The position numbers were made by a program, and so were the translations under genes. This document shows positions 10,755 through 21,530 of a stretch of DNA of 64,000 nt, one piece after another. This stretch comes from Bradyrhizobium sp. (GTDB taxonomy: Bacteria; Pseudomonadota; Alphaproteobacteria; Rhizobiales; Xanthobacteraceae). Location: NCBI GenBank assembly GCA_039935075.1, contig JBDTKZ010000012.1:583-64582 (forward strand). The letters run 5' to 3'. Position 1 is the first letter of the stretch. Each line of letters begins with the position of its first letter. The notes under the pieces were generated by a model. It was not told where the DNA came from and made no database searches. It saw only the letters and a list, made by a program, of their open reading frames with translations.

Positions 10755-11198
10755 ATGTTTCAGCGCATGATCGACGATTTGAAAGACTCGATTTCGACCG
10801 CGATGCGGCTGACGTCGCTGGCGACCGCGGCCGCACTCGCGCTGTCGATCGCGATCTCGTTTCTGTGCGCGGCTGCCTTTGTCTATATGCTGCGGAACTA
10901 CGGCCTGATCCAGGCCTGCCTGACCGGCGCCGGCGTGTTCTTCGTCGTGACCTTGATCGCGGCGGGCGCCTATATGGTGCGCAAGAACCGTATCAAGACA
11001 CGCGCCCGGGAAACCGCGAAATCAGCCGCTCATAGTATGTTGGCGGATCCCATGCTGGTGGCGACCGGAATTCAATTGGTCCGGGCGATCGGCATCAAGC
11101 GGCTGGTTCCGATCCTGGCGATCGGCGGCCTGGCATTGGGGATCATGGCGAGCCGCGGCGCATCAAACGCGTCGGATGACGAGCCATCGGAAGCATAA
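10755..11198 (+). CDS. Hypothetical membrane protein, YqjE-like partner of DUF883
   Basis: 2-3 hydrophobic helices; follows the DUF883 gene as in yqjD-yqjE-like pairs. Confidence 0.7.
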   Translation: MFQRMIDDLKDSISTAMRLTSLATAAALALSIAISFLCAAAFVYMLRNYGLIQACLTGAGVFFVVTLIAAGAYMVRKNRIKTRARETAKSAAHSMLADPMLVATGIQLVRAIGIKRLVPILAIGGLALGIMASRGASNASDDEPSEA

Positions 11199-11284
11199 CG
11201 CAATCGCACCCGCGCTATTTCCGTTGCGAAAGCGATGACGTCCACCGATAGAGGGCGTGACGAGCGGTCCCTTGATGGTTTGGC

Positions 11285-11695
11285 TCAGGTCACGCAACGT
11301 CCCGGCTGCAGCCGCTTGGCAACTTCGGTCAAAACGCTGACCGAAGGTTCGCAGGCCACGGTGGCGGTGCCAGACCCGGACTTCATCAGCAGCGAAGCGG
11401 GCGTACCGCGGCGGGTTTCGTACACCATCGGTACCCGAATCAGGACCGACGTGTTGGAAAGATCATCGAGGCGCAGGGACACCGTTTGGGTCGGGGTGGC
11501 CGGCCCCGCCATGCGCGCGGCGCGATCGGTCTTGGTGGCGCGATTGACGGCAGCCGTGGACGCGTCAGCCACATCGACCTGACCGGACGTGCCCTGCTGG
11601 CCAAGATCGCGGCCGGAGGCGACCGCGCCAAACGTCAGCGACAGCGCGATCGCACCAAAGAGACCCTTTGAGATTGGTTTGGAAAGCTGTGCCAT
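11285..11695 (-). CDS. Hypothetical secreted protein
   Basis: Signal-like N-terminus, VNRATKTDR motif, C-terminal ACEPSVSVL...GRCVT cysteine pair; GAGGGGG RBS. Confidence 0.7.
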   Translation of the reverse strand: MAQLSKPISKGLFGAIALSLTFGAVASGRDLGQQGTSGQVDVADASTAAVNRATKTDRAARMAGPATPTQTVSLRLDDLSNTSVLIRVPMVYETRRGTPASLLMKSGSGTATVACEPSVSVLTEVAKRLQPGRCVT

Positions 11696-11808
11696 GTTCG
11701 CAAACCCCCTCGCCCCATGGCGATCAGCAAGGTAACGCGAGCCGGAGCGCGGGAGTTCTGGCGCTCGGCCATCACTTAACCGTGTACAAAAAAAGTTTTT
11801 GGCACCCG

Positions 11809-11834
11809 GGAACGATTTTCGAGACCTCCGCGTT
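11809..11834 (+). promoter_or_regulatory. EcfG promoter with no downstream ORF (drives the sRNA)
   Basis: GGAAC-N17-CGTT. Confidence 0.7.
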
Positions 11835-11842
11835 CTCCCGGC

Positions 11843-11922
11843 AGCTGGTCATCCCCCTGCCCCATTGACCGGCGACGTAGGGCGCGGCTGTGGTGATGCC
11901 AGCTGCGCCCTACTTTCTTTTT
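11843..11922 (+). ncRNA. Putative EcfG-dependent GsrN-like sRNA (about 80 nt)
   Basis: Stem GCTGGTCA/TGACCGGC with C-rich loop TCCCCCTGCCCCAT, then a 14-bp stem GTAGGGCGCGGCTG/CAGCTGCGCCCTAC and TTTCTTTTT; adjacent to phyR. Confidence 0.7.
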
Positions 11923-11953
11923 GTGATACCGAAAGTGCTATTCAGTCAGACGG

Positions 11954-12025
11954 TTACCGAACAAAAAAGCCGTTACCGAACAAAAGCCATTACCGACAAA
12001 AAAGCCCTTACCGACAAAAAAGCCC
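11954..12025 (+). repeat. Four tandem 17-19-bp repeats TTACCGA(A)CAAAA(AA)GCC
   Basis: Units at 11954, 11973, 11990 and 12008. Confidence 0.85.
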
Positions 12026-12056
12026 TGCACACCCATTGAGCGTGCCGGGCTTTTTG
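12015..12056 (-). terminator. phyR terminator (probably bidirectional)
   Basis: CAAAAAAGCCCTGCAC...GTGCCGGGCTTTTTG. Confidence 0.65.
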
Positions 12057-12075
12057 CTGTGCGATAGCCGCTGGA

Positions 12076-12882
12076 TCAGGAAGCCGCGGCGCGCGGCGCA
12101 CGGTTGCGCGAGTTGCGCTGGAAGAACAGTGCCTGGCTCGCCACCGCCGACACCATCGCGGGCTGGAACGGCTTTGAGATCAGGAACGCCGGTTCGGGCC
12201 GCTCGCCGGTCAGGAAGCGCTCCGGATAGGCGGTGATGAAGACCACCGGCACCTCGAACACCTTCAGAAGCTCGTTGACGGCGTCGAGACCGGAACTGCC
12301 GTCGGCGAGCTGGATATCCGCCAAAATCAGGCCGGGCTTCTTGTTCTTGGCCAGCGCCACCGCGTCGGAATGGGTGCGGGCGACGCCGATGACGTTATGG
12401 CCGAGGTTCTTCACCAGGCTTTCGAGGTCCATCGCGATGAACGTTTCGTCCTCGATGATCAGCACATCGGTGGCGATCTCCGCCGCCATTTCCCGTCCCG
12501 CGGTGTCGGCCAGCGTACGGGTCTCGGCGACATCGGTACCGAGGATGAACGCCACTTCCTCCTCGGAGAAGCCTTCCAGCGACAACAGCAGGAAGGCCTG
12601 CCGCGGTAACGGCGTGATGTTGGACAACCGGCGCTCTGAAGGCATCGGCAACGTGGTGACGTCGGCATCGTCATTGAGCGAGACCGAATTCCAGATCCGC
12701 GTAAACAGCCGGAACAGCCCCGCGCGGGGCCCATGTTGCTCCTCGAGCAGCGAAGGATCCTGCAGCAGGGCTTCCAGCATGGCTCCCACATAGGCGTCGC
12801 CCGACGCCTGGTTTCCCGTCAGCGCACGGGCATAGCGCCGCAATAACGGTAAATGTTCAGCAACGAGCTGTGATCGGGACAT
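12076..12882 (-). CDS. phyR: Anti-anti-sigma response regulator PhyR
   Basis: Sigma-like N-terminus (LPLLRRYARALTG) fused to a receiver domain (IIEDE, LADIQLADGSSG, FITAYPERFLTGERPEP). Confidence 0.96.
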   Translation of the reverse strand: MSRSQLVAEHLPLLRRYARALTGNQASGDAYVGAMLEALLQDPSLLEEQHGPRAGLFRLFTRIWNSVSLNDDADVTTLPMPSERRLSNITPLPRQAFLLLSLEGFSEEEVAFILGTDVAETRTLADTAGREMAAEIATDVLIIEDETFIAMDLESLVKNLGHNVIGVARTHSDAVALAKNKKPGLILADIQLADGSSGLDAVNELLKVFEVPVVFITAYPERFLTGERPEPAFLISKPFQPAMVSAVASQALFFQRNSRNRAPRAAAS

Positions 12883-12951
12883 CCCCACTCCATCTAATCT
12901 CTTTGGGTCAAAGTGCCTGACGGGGTGACCCGGTTCCCCTGATACGCTGAT

Positions 12952-13009
12952 TACGCCCCACCGCGATAAAAGTTCCATGGGTCAGGAACTTTCCGGGCGA
13001 GTTTGCATT
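12952..13009. promoter_or_regulatory. Back-to-back EcfG promoters for phyR and nepR-ecfG
   Basis: Minus GGAAC-N16-CGTA (12976-12952); plus GGAAC-N16-CATT (12985-13009). Confidence 0.75.
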
Positions 13010-13102
13010 AGGCTTTCGTACAGACGCAGCAACAGCTTCAGAAGCCAAGGATATTTCTTGATAATTCAAGAACTTAACTCTCGGGGAAGCGTGGATCAGG
13101 TC

Positions 13103-13321
13103 ATGAAAGAAGTAAAGTCCAGGAATGCCGCACCCGGCAAGCAGGGCGGGCTGAACGCCGAAATCCAGTCGAGGATCGGCCACCAGCTCCGAGCCATGTA
13201 CGACGATGTCGTGCGGCAGGGGGTGCCCGACCGCTTCGCGGAGTTAATCCGAAAGCTTGATGCGTCCGAGGGCAATCCCCAAGTGGGAAATACGGGCGAT
13301 AAAAATGACGGGAGGGAGTAA
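13103..13321 (+). CDS. nepR: Anti-sigma factor NepR
   Basis: IGHQLRAMYDDVVRQGVPDRFAELIRKLD; stop overlaps the ecfG start. Confidence 0.92.
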   Translation: MKEVKSRNAAPGKQGGLNAEIQSRIGHQLRAMYDDVVRQGVPDRFAELIRKLDASEGNPQVGNTGDKNDGRE

Positions 13322-13869
13322 TGCCTCTCACAGATTCACTTCGCGACGATATCCTGGCGTCAGTCCCCAGTCTGCGCGCCTTCGCAATCTCCCTCAGCGG
13401 TAATGGCGATCGTGCCGACGATCTGGTGCAGGAGACGTTGCTCCGCGCGCTGGCCAATATCGACTCGTTCCAGCCCGGCTCGAACCTGCCGGCTTGGCTG
13501 TTCACGATCCTGCGCAACCTGTTCCGCTCCGACTATCGCAAGCGGCGGCGGGAGGTGGAGGATGCCGATGGCAGCTATGCCAAGACGCTGAAAACCCAGC
13601 CGGCGCAAAGCGCGCATCTGGAATTCGAGGAATTCCGCATGGCCCTCGAAAAGCTGCCGCAGGACCAGCGTGAAGCACTGATCCTGGTCGGCGCCTCCGG
13701 CTTCTCCTATGAAGATGCCGCGGCGATCTGCGGCTGTGCGGTCGGCACCATCAAGAGCCGCGTCAACCGGGCCCGCTCGAAGCTCAGCGCGCTATTGTAT
13801 GTCGACGGCACCGACGATTTCGGTCCCGATGAGACGGTGCGCGCCGTGATCGGCGGCAGCGGCGGTTGA
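13321..13869 (+). CDS. ecfG: ECF15 general stress sigma factor EcfG
   Basis: ADDLVQET, AWLFTILRN, GTIKSRVNRAR; phyR-nepR context. Confidence 0.95.
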   Translation: MPLTDSLRDDILASVPSLRAFAISLSGNGDRADDLVQETLLRALANIDSFQPGSNLPAWLFTILRNLFRSDYRKRRREVEDADGSYAKTLKTQPAQSAHLEFEEFRMALEKLPQDQREALILVGASGFSYEDAAAICGCAVGTIKSRVNRARSKLSALLYVDGTDDFGPDETVRAVIGGSGG

Positions 13870-13892
13870 CCTAATAGCTTTATCCGACAGGG

Positions 13893-13923
13893 AAGCGGTC
13901 GCGGATTTCGCGGCCGCTTTTTT
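13893..13923 (+). terminator. Intrinsic terminator after ecfG
   Basis: AAGCGGTCGCG-GATTT-CGCGGCCGCTT followed by Ts. Confidence 0.8.
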
Positions 13924-13934
13924 GTTTCTGGAGC

Positions 13935-15590
13935 CTAACGCGCCGACTTGAGCGGCGCTGACAATTGCTCGGTGCGATCCCGCTCCGTCATGTCCACCAC
14001 GGTGACCATCGGCGCGGTAAGTTCATACACGTAACTCACGTCGGTAAAATACCGCTGCGAGGTGCCGCCGAGCGCTTCCGGCGCCACCCGATCGAGCAGG
14101 ATGACGCCGAAATCCGTGTCGGCACGGCGGGTCGCGGCGCTGGTGTTGAATTCTTCCCAGCGGAAATGAAAGATCGAGTCCGGCGCCTCGCCGGTCACTT
14201 CCCAATGCGCGACAATGTGTGGATGCTTGCCGACCAGCGAAAGCCCTTCATCCGAATGCGACGCCAGTTCGAAGAACAATAGCGACAGGCTCTGTGCGGC
14301 CCGCGCGCTGACCGCGATATCGGGACCGCTGATGGCGATGCGATCGGAGTGCGGGATCGCGCGCGCCTCGAACAATCCCTTGAGTTTGACGCCCTGCCAT
14401 TGGCTTTCGCTCAACAGCGAAACCACATTCGACATCGCATGGATGCGGCCGATCAACAGTTCGCGAGCGACGTCGATATCGGAGCCATGGCGCAGGGTCC
14501 GCGTCACGATCGACTGGATCACCGCCAGGATGTTCTTGACCCGGTGATTGAGCTCGTCGATGACCGCGGTGAGCCGGCGCTCAAAACCGATCCGCACCTG
14601 GATTTCACGGCTCAGCCGCAAATTATTGTAGGCTACATATCCGAACAGTCCGCAGACGATGCCGGTCAGCGCGAGGCCGATCGCAGCGACGATCGCGGCG
14701 GTCTGCTGGGCGCGCTTCACCGCATTGGTCTTGGCATAATAGCCCAGTGACCAGTCACGGCCGCCGAAGGTCACGATCCGTGTCGCCGATGGCGGTGGCC
14801 CGGCCGCATCGGCTATCCGCGACGAAACCACGCCCTGATCGTTGGCGATCAGTTCGCCATTGGGCGTGCGCGGGTCCTTCAGCACCACCGAGAACAACGA
14901 CAGGTCGTCATTGGTCAGCATCAGCGGCGCCAGTTCGTAGGAAAATGTCACGAAGCCGGCCGGCACGCTGGCGCCGTCCTGCAGGACTGGCGCGGCCAGC
15001 ACGAGGCCAATCGGCCCGCCCCGACGCGGCACGATCGGGTCGGAAGCCACGGGCTTTCCGCCAGCCATGGCCTGCGTGAACATCGGTCCCAGGCTCGGAC
15101 TCTGATCGAGCGAGCGGCCGGGAAACGCCATCGTCTGGTCATTGCGAGGCTCGACATCCATCAACACGTCGATCGGCTGGGTCAGCGCTCGGGTGTCCCG
15201 CGGCGAATCGTCGTAGCTGCGGATGGAGGGGTCGGGGAATCCGGCCTTCACCAGTTCCGCGCGCGCCGCATCCAGTTCGTTCGGCTTGAGCCGTGCGATC
15301 CAGCCGGCAACCACGAAGTCGGTCTTGAAGGCATAGATCGAGGTCCGCAGCGGCTGCAGCATGTCGGCCTTGATCACGGACGGGGCATGGAACAGGCCGG
15401 ATGCGACGCGGGCCAGCAGTTCGCGTTCGGTCAACCGGTCCTGGACCAAGCTGGCATGCACATCGATCGCCCGCGCCATTGCGATGCCATCGAGCGTCAA
15501 CTCCTGATCGTGAACACGATAGGCGGCAAGACCGGAGAGCAAGACCCCGACCAGCGCGATAAAACCGATGATGAATCCCAGCCGAACCAC
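13935..15590 (-). CDS. Membrane CHASE-like sensor with HWE/HisKA2-type kinase domain (start uncertain; ORF open to 15677)
   Basis: Two TM helices flanking a periplasmic domain; H-box ELNHRVKNILAVIQS; W-x-E motif (RWEE); ATP-binding motifs appear degenerate. Confidence 0.85.
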   Translation of the reverse strand: MVRLGFIIGFIALVGVLLSGLAAYRVHDQELTLDGIAMARAIDVHASLVQDRLTERELLARVASGLFHAPSVIKADMLQPLRTSIYAFKTDFVVAGWIARLKPNELDAARAELVKAGFPDPSIRSYDDSPRDTRALTQPIDVLMDVEPRNDQTMAFPGRSLDQSPSLGPMFTQAMAGGKPVASDPIVPRRGGPIGLVLAAPVLQDGASVPAGFVTFSYELAPLMLTNDDLSLFSVVLKDPRTPNGELIANDQGVVSSRIADAAGPPPSATRIVTFGGRDWSLGYYAKTNAVKRAQQTAAIVAAIGLALTGIVCGLFGYVAYNNLRLSREIQVRIGFERRLTAVIDELNHRVKNILAVIQSIVTRTLRHGSDIDVARELLIGRIHAMSNVVSLLSESQWQGVKLKGLFEARAIPHSDRIAISGPDIAVSARAAQSLSLLFFELASHSDEGLSLVGKHPHIVAHWEVTGEAPDSIFHFRWEEFNTSAATRRADTDFGVILLDRVAPEALGGTSQRYFTDVSYVYELTAPMVTVVDMTERDRTEQLSAPLKSAR

Positions 15591-15944
15591 TCGGTTACTC
15601 TGAAATGAGGGGTTGGCGTAGAAATCGATTAAGCATGTGACATTCGCCGCGGCGGCAACAAACCGGATGCAGGCCAACCGTCTGACATATTGAAGGACCG
15701 ATCATTCGCACGCAACTACGGAGGACGACAAAGGTGAATCAACTCGCCTTCAGACGTTGAATCGGCGGAGCCAGAGTTCACCAATCACGCCGGACCGATT
15801 TTGTTCCGTCCGGGCGCAATAAATTTTCGGCGGCCGCCCTCGCCCGGCATGTCCAATCGCCTTGCATGTCCAGGCGTTAACGAATTCGGCGGTTCGCTTT
15901 GGTGGCCGGCGCTTGGTTAACTTGCCTCGGTCGACCAGCCCCGT

Positions 15945-16583
15945 TCAACTTGCCTTGGTCCGCGCCGCTGGGCAGAGCCCGCCTTTGGTCTCGATGAAGC
16001 CGATAATGCGGTCGAGGCCTTCGCTTTTCTTCAAATTGGTCATCACAAACGGCCGTTCACCGCGCATCCGCCTGGCATCGGTGTCCATCTTCTCCAGCGA
16101 CGCGCCGACATGCGGTGCAAGATCGACCTTGTTGATCACCAGCAGGTCGGAGCGGGTAATACCGGGGCCGCCCTTGGACGGGATCTTGTCGCCGGCGGCG
16201 ACATCGATGACGTAGATCGTGAGATCGGCGAGCTCGGGCGAGAAGGTCGCAGCGAGATTGTCGCCGCCGGATTCAATCAGCACCAGGTCGAGATCGGGAA
16301 ATTTCGCGCGCATGTCGGCGATCGCGGCAAGATTCATCGACGCGTCCTCGCGGATCGCGGTGTGCGGACAGCCGCCGGTCTCGACGCCGGCAATGCGATC
16401 GGGTGTCAGGGAGCCCGAACGCACCAGAAACTCCGCATCCCATTTGGTGTAGATGTCGTTGGTGATCGCGGCGATGTCGTAGCGCTCCCGCATCGATTTG
16501 CAGAGCAGATCCATCAACGCGGTCTTGCCCGATCCGACGGGTCCACCAATGCCGATCCGAAGCGGGCCGTGAGATTTGGACAT
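15945..16583 (-). CDS. ureG: Urease accessory GTPase UreG
   Basis: [27 protein letters not shown]. Confidence 0.97.
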   Translation of the reverse strand: MSKSHGPLRIGIGGPVGSGKTALMDLLCKSMRERYDIAAITNDIYTKWDAEFLVRSGSLTPDRIAGVETGGCPHTAIREDASMNLAAIADMRAKFPDLDLVLIESGGDNLAATFSPELADLTIYVIDVAAGDKIPSKGGPGITRSDLLVINKVDLAPHVGASLEKMDTDARRMRGERPFVMTNLKKSEGLDRIIGFIETKGGLCPAARTKAS

Positions 16584-16609
16584 GTTTTATGCTCTTTCCG
16601 TTATTTCAA

Positions 16610-16737
16610 TGTCGTCCCTGCGAACGCAGGGACCCATACGCCGTGTCGTTTGTGTTCAGGGAAGCGTTAGTCTCCTTGCTGCCGTGTCACGCCGCGAACG
16701 CCAGGGATTATGGGTCCCTGCGTTCGCAGGAACGACG
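16610..16737. repeat. REP dimer (GTCCC family)
   Basis: GTCGTCCCTGCGAACGCAGGGACCCATA (16611-16638) and its inverse (16709-16736), 27/28 identical. Confidence 0.85.
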
Positions 16738-16762
16738 AGATGATGCGCTAAACGCTTGGCCA

Positions 16763-17554
16763 TCATGACCTGAACAGCCTGGTGTACTGTGCCTCGTGCC
16801 GCATGCTGGCCAGATCAGCGCGAAAGGTGGTGCTGCCGAGATCGTCGAGCGATGCCGCAAGCGCGCGAACGGCGGTTGCGGCGACCATCGGTTCGAGGGC
16901 AGCCAGCACGCGCTGGCTATCGGTCTGGCCGAGGGGAACGAGCCGCGCCCCGGCGGAGATCCAATTCGCAACCAGCGCATGAAAGAACGCATGCATCGCA
17001 GGCGCAAGCGGGATCGCATGCCCGGCACTGACGATGCCGACCGCCACCGGATAAACGATCGGGCCGTCACAACTCGAAATCAGCGCGTCCAGCCCATCGC
17101 AATTCCACGCGGCGCGCGCGATGTCGATGAACGCGCGTCCCTGCGCCGATGTCTCGAGATGGCGCTCACGGGACGGCGCGAACGCCGCCGCCAGTTCGGC
17201 AAGATCGCGTAAGCCCGCCTGATCGCCTGAACCCGCGGCCCGGTGCGCCTGCGCCAGAAACACACCGTCGCAAAATCCCGGACCATCGGTGAGCATCGCC
17301 GCGAGCCATTCCCGCAAGGAAGGAGCATCGACGATATCGCCGGCTTCGACCGCCCATTCGATACCGCTGGAATAGGAAAAGGCGCCAACCGGAAAGGCCG
17401 GCGACAGCCAGGTCATCAACCGGTACAGCGCCGCAGCCTCGGCGTCCTTCATGCCCGCGGCAGCATCGGCCGGATTCGCAGCCGCTTCCCCAACCGTATC
17501 TGCCGCCGCCGTCGCGCGTCGCCGAAGCTTCGGCGGCGGCTTATTTGTGGTCAT
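16763..17554 (-). CDS. ureF: Urease accessory protein UreF
   Basis: [36 protein letters not shown]; start MTTNKPP overlaps the ureE end. Confidence 0.93.
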   Translation of the reverse strand: MTTNKPPPKLRRRATAAADTVGEAAANPADAAAGMKDAEAAALYRLMTWLSPAFPVGAFSYSSGIEWAVEAGDIVDAPSLREWLAAMLTDGPGFCDGVFLAQAHRAAGSGDQAGLRDLAELAAAFAPSRERHLETSAQGRAFIDIARAAWNCDGLDALISSCDGPIVYPVAVGIVSAGHAIPLAPAMHAFFHALVANWISAGARLVPLGQTDSQRVLAALEPMVAATAVRALAASLDDLGSTTFRADLASMRHEAQYTRLFRS

Positions 17555-18152
17555 GAGCATGGCTGTCGCCGTGGTGATGCTCATGCTCGCAATGCTCATC
17601 ATGGTGATGATGGTCGCCATGATCGTGGTCATGATCATGGCCGTGCGATGCATGATCGTGCGCGCCGTGATAATCATGCGCATGATTGTCACGGCCCGGT
17701 TCGGGAGCGTGGCCATGGCCGCCGCCGGCATAGGCGCCGCCTTCAGGATCGAACGGCGCTTCGATCTCGATCACCCGCGCGCCCAATCCCTTCACCATCG
17801 CGTCGATGACGTGATCGCGCCGGATCCACAGTCCCTTGCCGACGATCTGGGTCGGCAGATGGCGGTTGCCGAGATGCCAGGCGACCCGGACCAGATGATG
17901 CGGGTCGGTGACGCGAATCTCGATCAGCGGTTCCGGCGCCGCGACCACTTCGATCAACCGGCCGTCGTCGAGCACCAGCGCATCGCCGCCACGCAATGCG
18001 ACGGCATTTTCGAGGTCGAGCAGGAATTCCAGTCCCCGCGTCCCAATCATCGCCATCCGACGCCGGTGACGACCGTCGAAGTCGAGGACGATCGTATCGG
18101 CGGGCGGCTGCGTCCAGCGATGCTGCGGACTGATTTGGGTAGCTCGGATCAT
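17541..18152 (-). CDS. ureE: Urease nickel chaperone UreE with His-rich tail
   Basis: [16 protein letters not shown], long His/Asp tail. Confidence 0.95.
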   Translation of the reverse strand: MIRATQISPQHRWTQPPADTIVLDFDGRHRRRMAMIGTRGLEFLLDLENAVALRGGDALVLDDGRLIEVVAAPEPLIEIRVTDPHHLVRVAWHLGNRHLPTQIVGKGLWIRRDHVIDAMVKGLGARVIEIEAPFDPEGGAYAGGGHGHAPEPGRDNHAHDYHGAHDHASHGHDHDHDHGDHHHHDEHCEHEHHHGDSHAHDHK

Positions 18153-18156
18153 GCGG

Positions 18157-18456
18157 CTAGAACTTCTCGACCTTGCTGTCGCTGATGATCTCGATCACGG
18201 TCGGCGACACCTTCAGCGGCGCGGAATATTCGCGCCAGACTTTCATGTGTGGTGCCTTGCCATGGACGTTGAGGTCATCGCGGCTTTCCCAGCGCTCGAC
18301 CACCACGAACAGGTTGGGGTCGTTGATGCTGGTGTGGTTTTCGTAGGATATGCAGCCCTTTTCCTGGCGGGTGGCCGCGATGCATTCCTTGGCGCCCTTG
18401 ATGAAGGCATCCCGCTGGTCAGGTTTCACCTGCGTGGTGGCGACGACATAAATCAT
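18157..18456 (-). CDS. ABM/putative quinol monooxygenase
   Basis: 99 aa; [19 protein letters not shown]...PH motif. Confidence 0.85.
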   Translation of the reverse strand: MIYVVATTQVKPDQRDAFIKGAKECIAATRQEKGCISYENHTSINDPNLFVVVERWESRDDLNVHGKAPHMKVWREYSAPLKVSPTVIEIISDSKVEKF

Positions 18457-18482
18457 CGATTTTTCTCCCGTGTTTTTCTTGA

Positions 18483-18782
18483 TTAGCGGACATCAACCTT
18501 TTCGGGCGTAATGACTTCGATCCGCGGCGGCGCCGTGATGCACTTCACGACGACGCGGCCGAACGTCTTCATGTGCTCGGCGGCCCGGTGCGGCACCAGC
18601 GCCTCGGCGTTTTCCCACTGCTCGACGAACACCATCTTGGAGTGGTCAGTGACGCTCTCGTGCAGATCGTAGGCGATATTGCCGGCCTCCTTGCGGGTTT
18701 CCTTGATGCAGGCGGTGGCCGCGGCAATGAATTCGGCGTGGGATTCGGGCTTGATGGTCAGGGTAGCAACGACATAGATCAC
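18483..18782 (-). CDS. ABM/putative quinol monooxygenase (paralog)
   Basis: 99 aa, GTG start with GGAG RBS; TRKEAGNIAYD, FVEQWE. Confidence 0.85.
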   Translation of the reverse strand: MIYVVATLTIKPESHAEFIAAATACIKETRKEAGNIAYDLHESVTDHSKMVFVEQWENAEALVPHRAAEHMKTFGRVVVKCITAPPRIEVITPEKVDVR

Positions 18783-18830
18783 GGAAAATCCTCCCGGCTC
18801 TTGTTCTGGCTTTGATCGCCGGGAAGCAGT

Positions 18831-20546
<1,716 letters not shown>

Positions 20547-20569
20547 GACTCACTCTCCGGAGTTCAGGC

Positions 20570-20678
20570 CGTCATCCTGAGGTGCTCGCCCCGTTTGGGC
20601 GAGCCTCGAAGGATGACCGAGGTTTGTGCACGTCGCCCATCCTTCGAGGCGCGCAAGAGCGCGCACCTCAGGATGACG
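20570..20678. repeat. REP dimer (ATCCTGAGG/TCGAAGGAT family)
   Basis: CGTCATCCTGAGG...CCTCGAAGGATG and inverse CATCCTTCGAGG...CCTCAGGATGACG. Confidence 0.85.
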
Positions 20679-20716
20679 CAAGCGCTTGGGGCGGGTAACC
20701 ATCGTGCAAATACTCG

Positions 20717-21022
20717 TCACAGCTTGCCCTGGATTTCGCCACGAAAACCGTACACGACGCGTTTGCCGGCCAGCGCCACCAGATGCACGTCGCGAGTCTG
20801 ACCGGGCTCGAAGCGGACCGCCGTGCCGGCGGCGATGTCGAGGCGCATGCCGCGGGCCTTTTTGCGATCGAACTTCAGCGCCGGATTGGTCTCAAAAAAA
20901 TGATAATGCGAGCCTACCTGGATCGGCCGATCGCCCGAGTTGGCGACCGTCAGCGTCACGGTCTTGCGGCCGGCATTGAGTTCGATCTCACCGTCCTTGA
21001 TGAAGAGTTCACCGGGGATCAT
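20717..21022 (-). CDS. ureB: Urease beta subunit
   Basis: [22 protein letters not shown]. Confidence 0.97.
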   Translation of the reverse strand: MIPGELFIKDGEIELNAGRKTVTLTVANSGDRPIQVGSHYHFFETNPALKFDRKKARGMRLDIAAGTAVRFEPGQTRDVHLVALAGKRVVYGFRGEIQGKL

Positions 21023-21038
21023 CGTGCCTTCCCTTCCT

Positions 21039-21134
21039 CATCATTCCGAGGCGCGCGTAGCGCGAACCCGGAATCTCGATCTATAAAAACCTCTGGATTC
21101 CGGGTTCGTCGCTTCGCGCCGCCCCGGAATGACA
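21039..21134. repeat. REP dimer (ATTCCGGG family), empty counterpart of the GIY-YIG element
   Basis: CATCATTCCGAGGCGCGC..GCGCGAACCCGGAATC / GGATTCCGGGTTCG..GCCCCGGAATGAC. Confidence 0.85.
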
Positions 21135-21137
21135 ACT

Positions 21138-21440
21138 TCATCTGATCGGCTCATGCACGGTGACAAGTTTGGTGCCGTCCGGAAACGTCGCTTCCACCTG
21201 AATGTCGTGGATCATCTCGGCAATCCCATCCATGCACTGCGCGCGGGTGATCACCTGCCCGCCCGTCTGCATCAGCTCCGCGACGGTGCGGCCGTCGCGC
21301 GCGCCCTCGACGATGAAATCGGAAATGATCGCGATGGCTTCCGGGTGGTTGAGCTTGACGCCGCGCTCCAGCCGCCGGCGCGCCACCATCGCCGCCATTG
21401 AAATCAGCAGCTTGTCCTTTTCGCGAGGAGAGAGATTCAT
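21138..21440 (-). CDS. ureA: Urease gamma subunit
   Basis: [34 protein letters not shown]. Confidence 0.98.
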   Translation of the reverse strand: MNLSPREKDKLLISMAAMVARRRLERGVKLNHPEAIAIISDFIVEGARDGRTVAELMQTGGQVITRAQCMDGIAEMIHDIQVEATFPDGTKLVTVHEPIR

Positions 21441-21466
21441 GCGAGTACTCTAATGATTGGATCGAC

Positions 21467-21530
21467 CCAGTTAAGACAGAGTCTAATTAAGCCAAAGTCT
21501 AGTTAAGCCAGCGCCTAGTTAAGCCAAAGT
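21467..21530. repeat. Four tandem 16-bp repeats CTAGTTAAGCCAAAGT covering the ureD 3' end
   Basis: Units at 21467, 21483, 21499 and 21515; the last contains the ureD stop. Confidence 0.85.

Noticed and set aside
11954-12025. Possible CRISPR array
   Set aside because: Repeats are 17-19 bp, directly adjacent with no spacers, and no cas genes are present.
12933-12937. Additional minus-strand GGAAC upstream of phyR
   Set aside because: No GTT-like -10 element at 16-17 bp spacing.
17555-17731. Met/Ile/Thr-rich N-terminal extension of UreF
   Set aside because: It is the alternative-frame reading of the UreE His-rich tail; the real start is likely 17554.
21467-21530. TTAA repeats as CtrA sites or CRISPR
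   Set aside because: Period is 16 bp (CtrA needs TTAA-N7-TTAA), there are no spacers, and the unit derives from the ureD 3' end.
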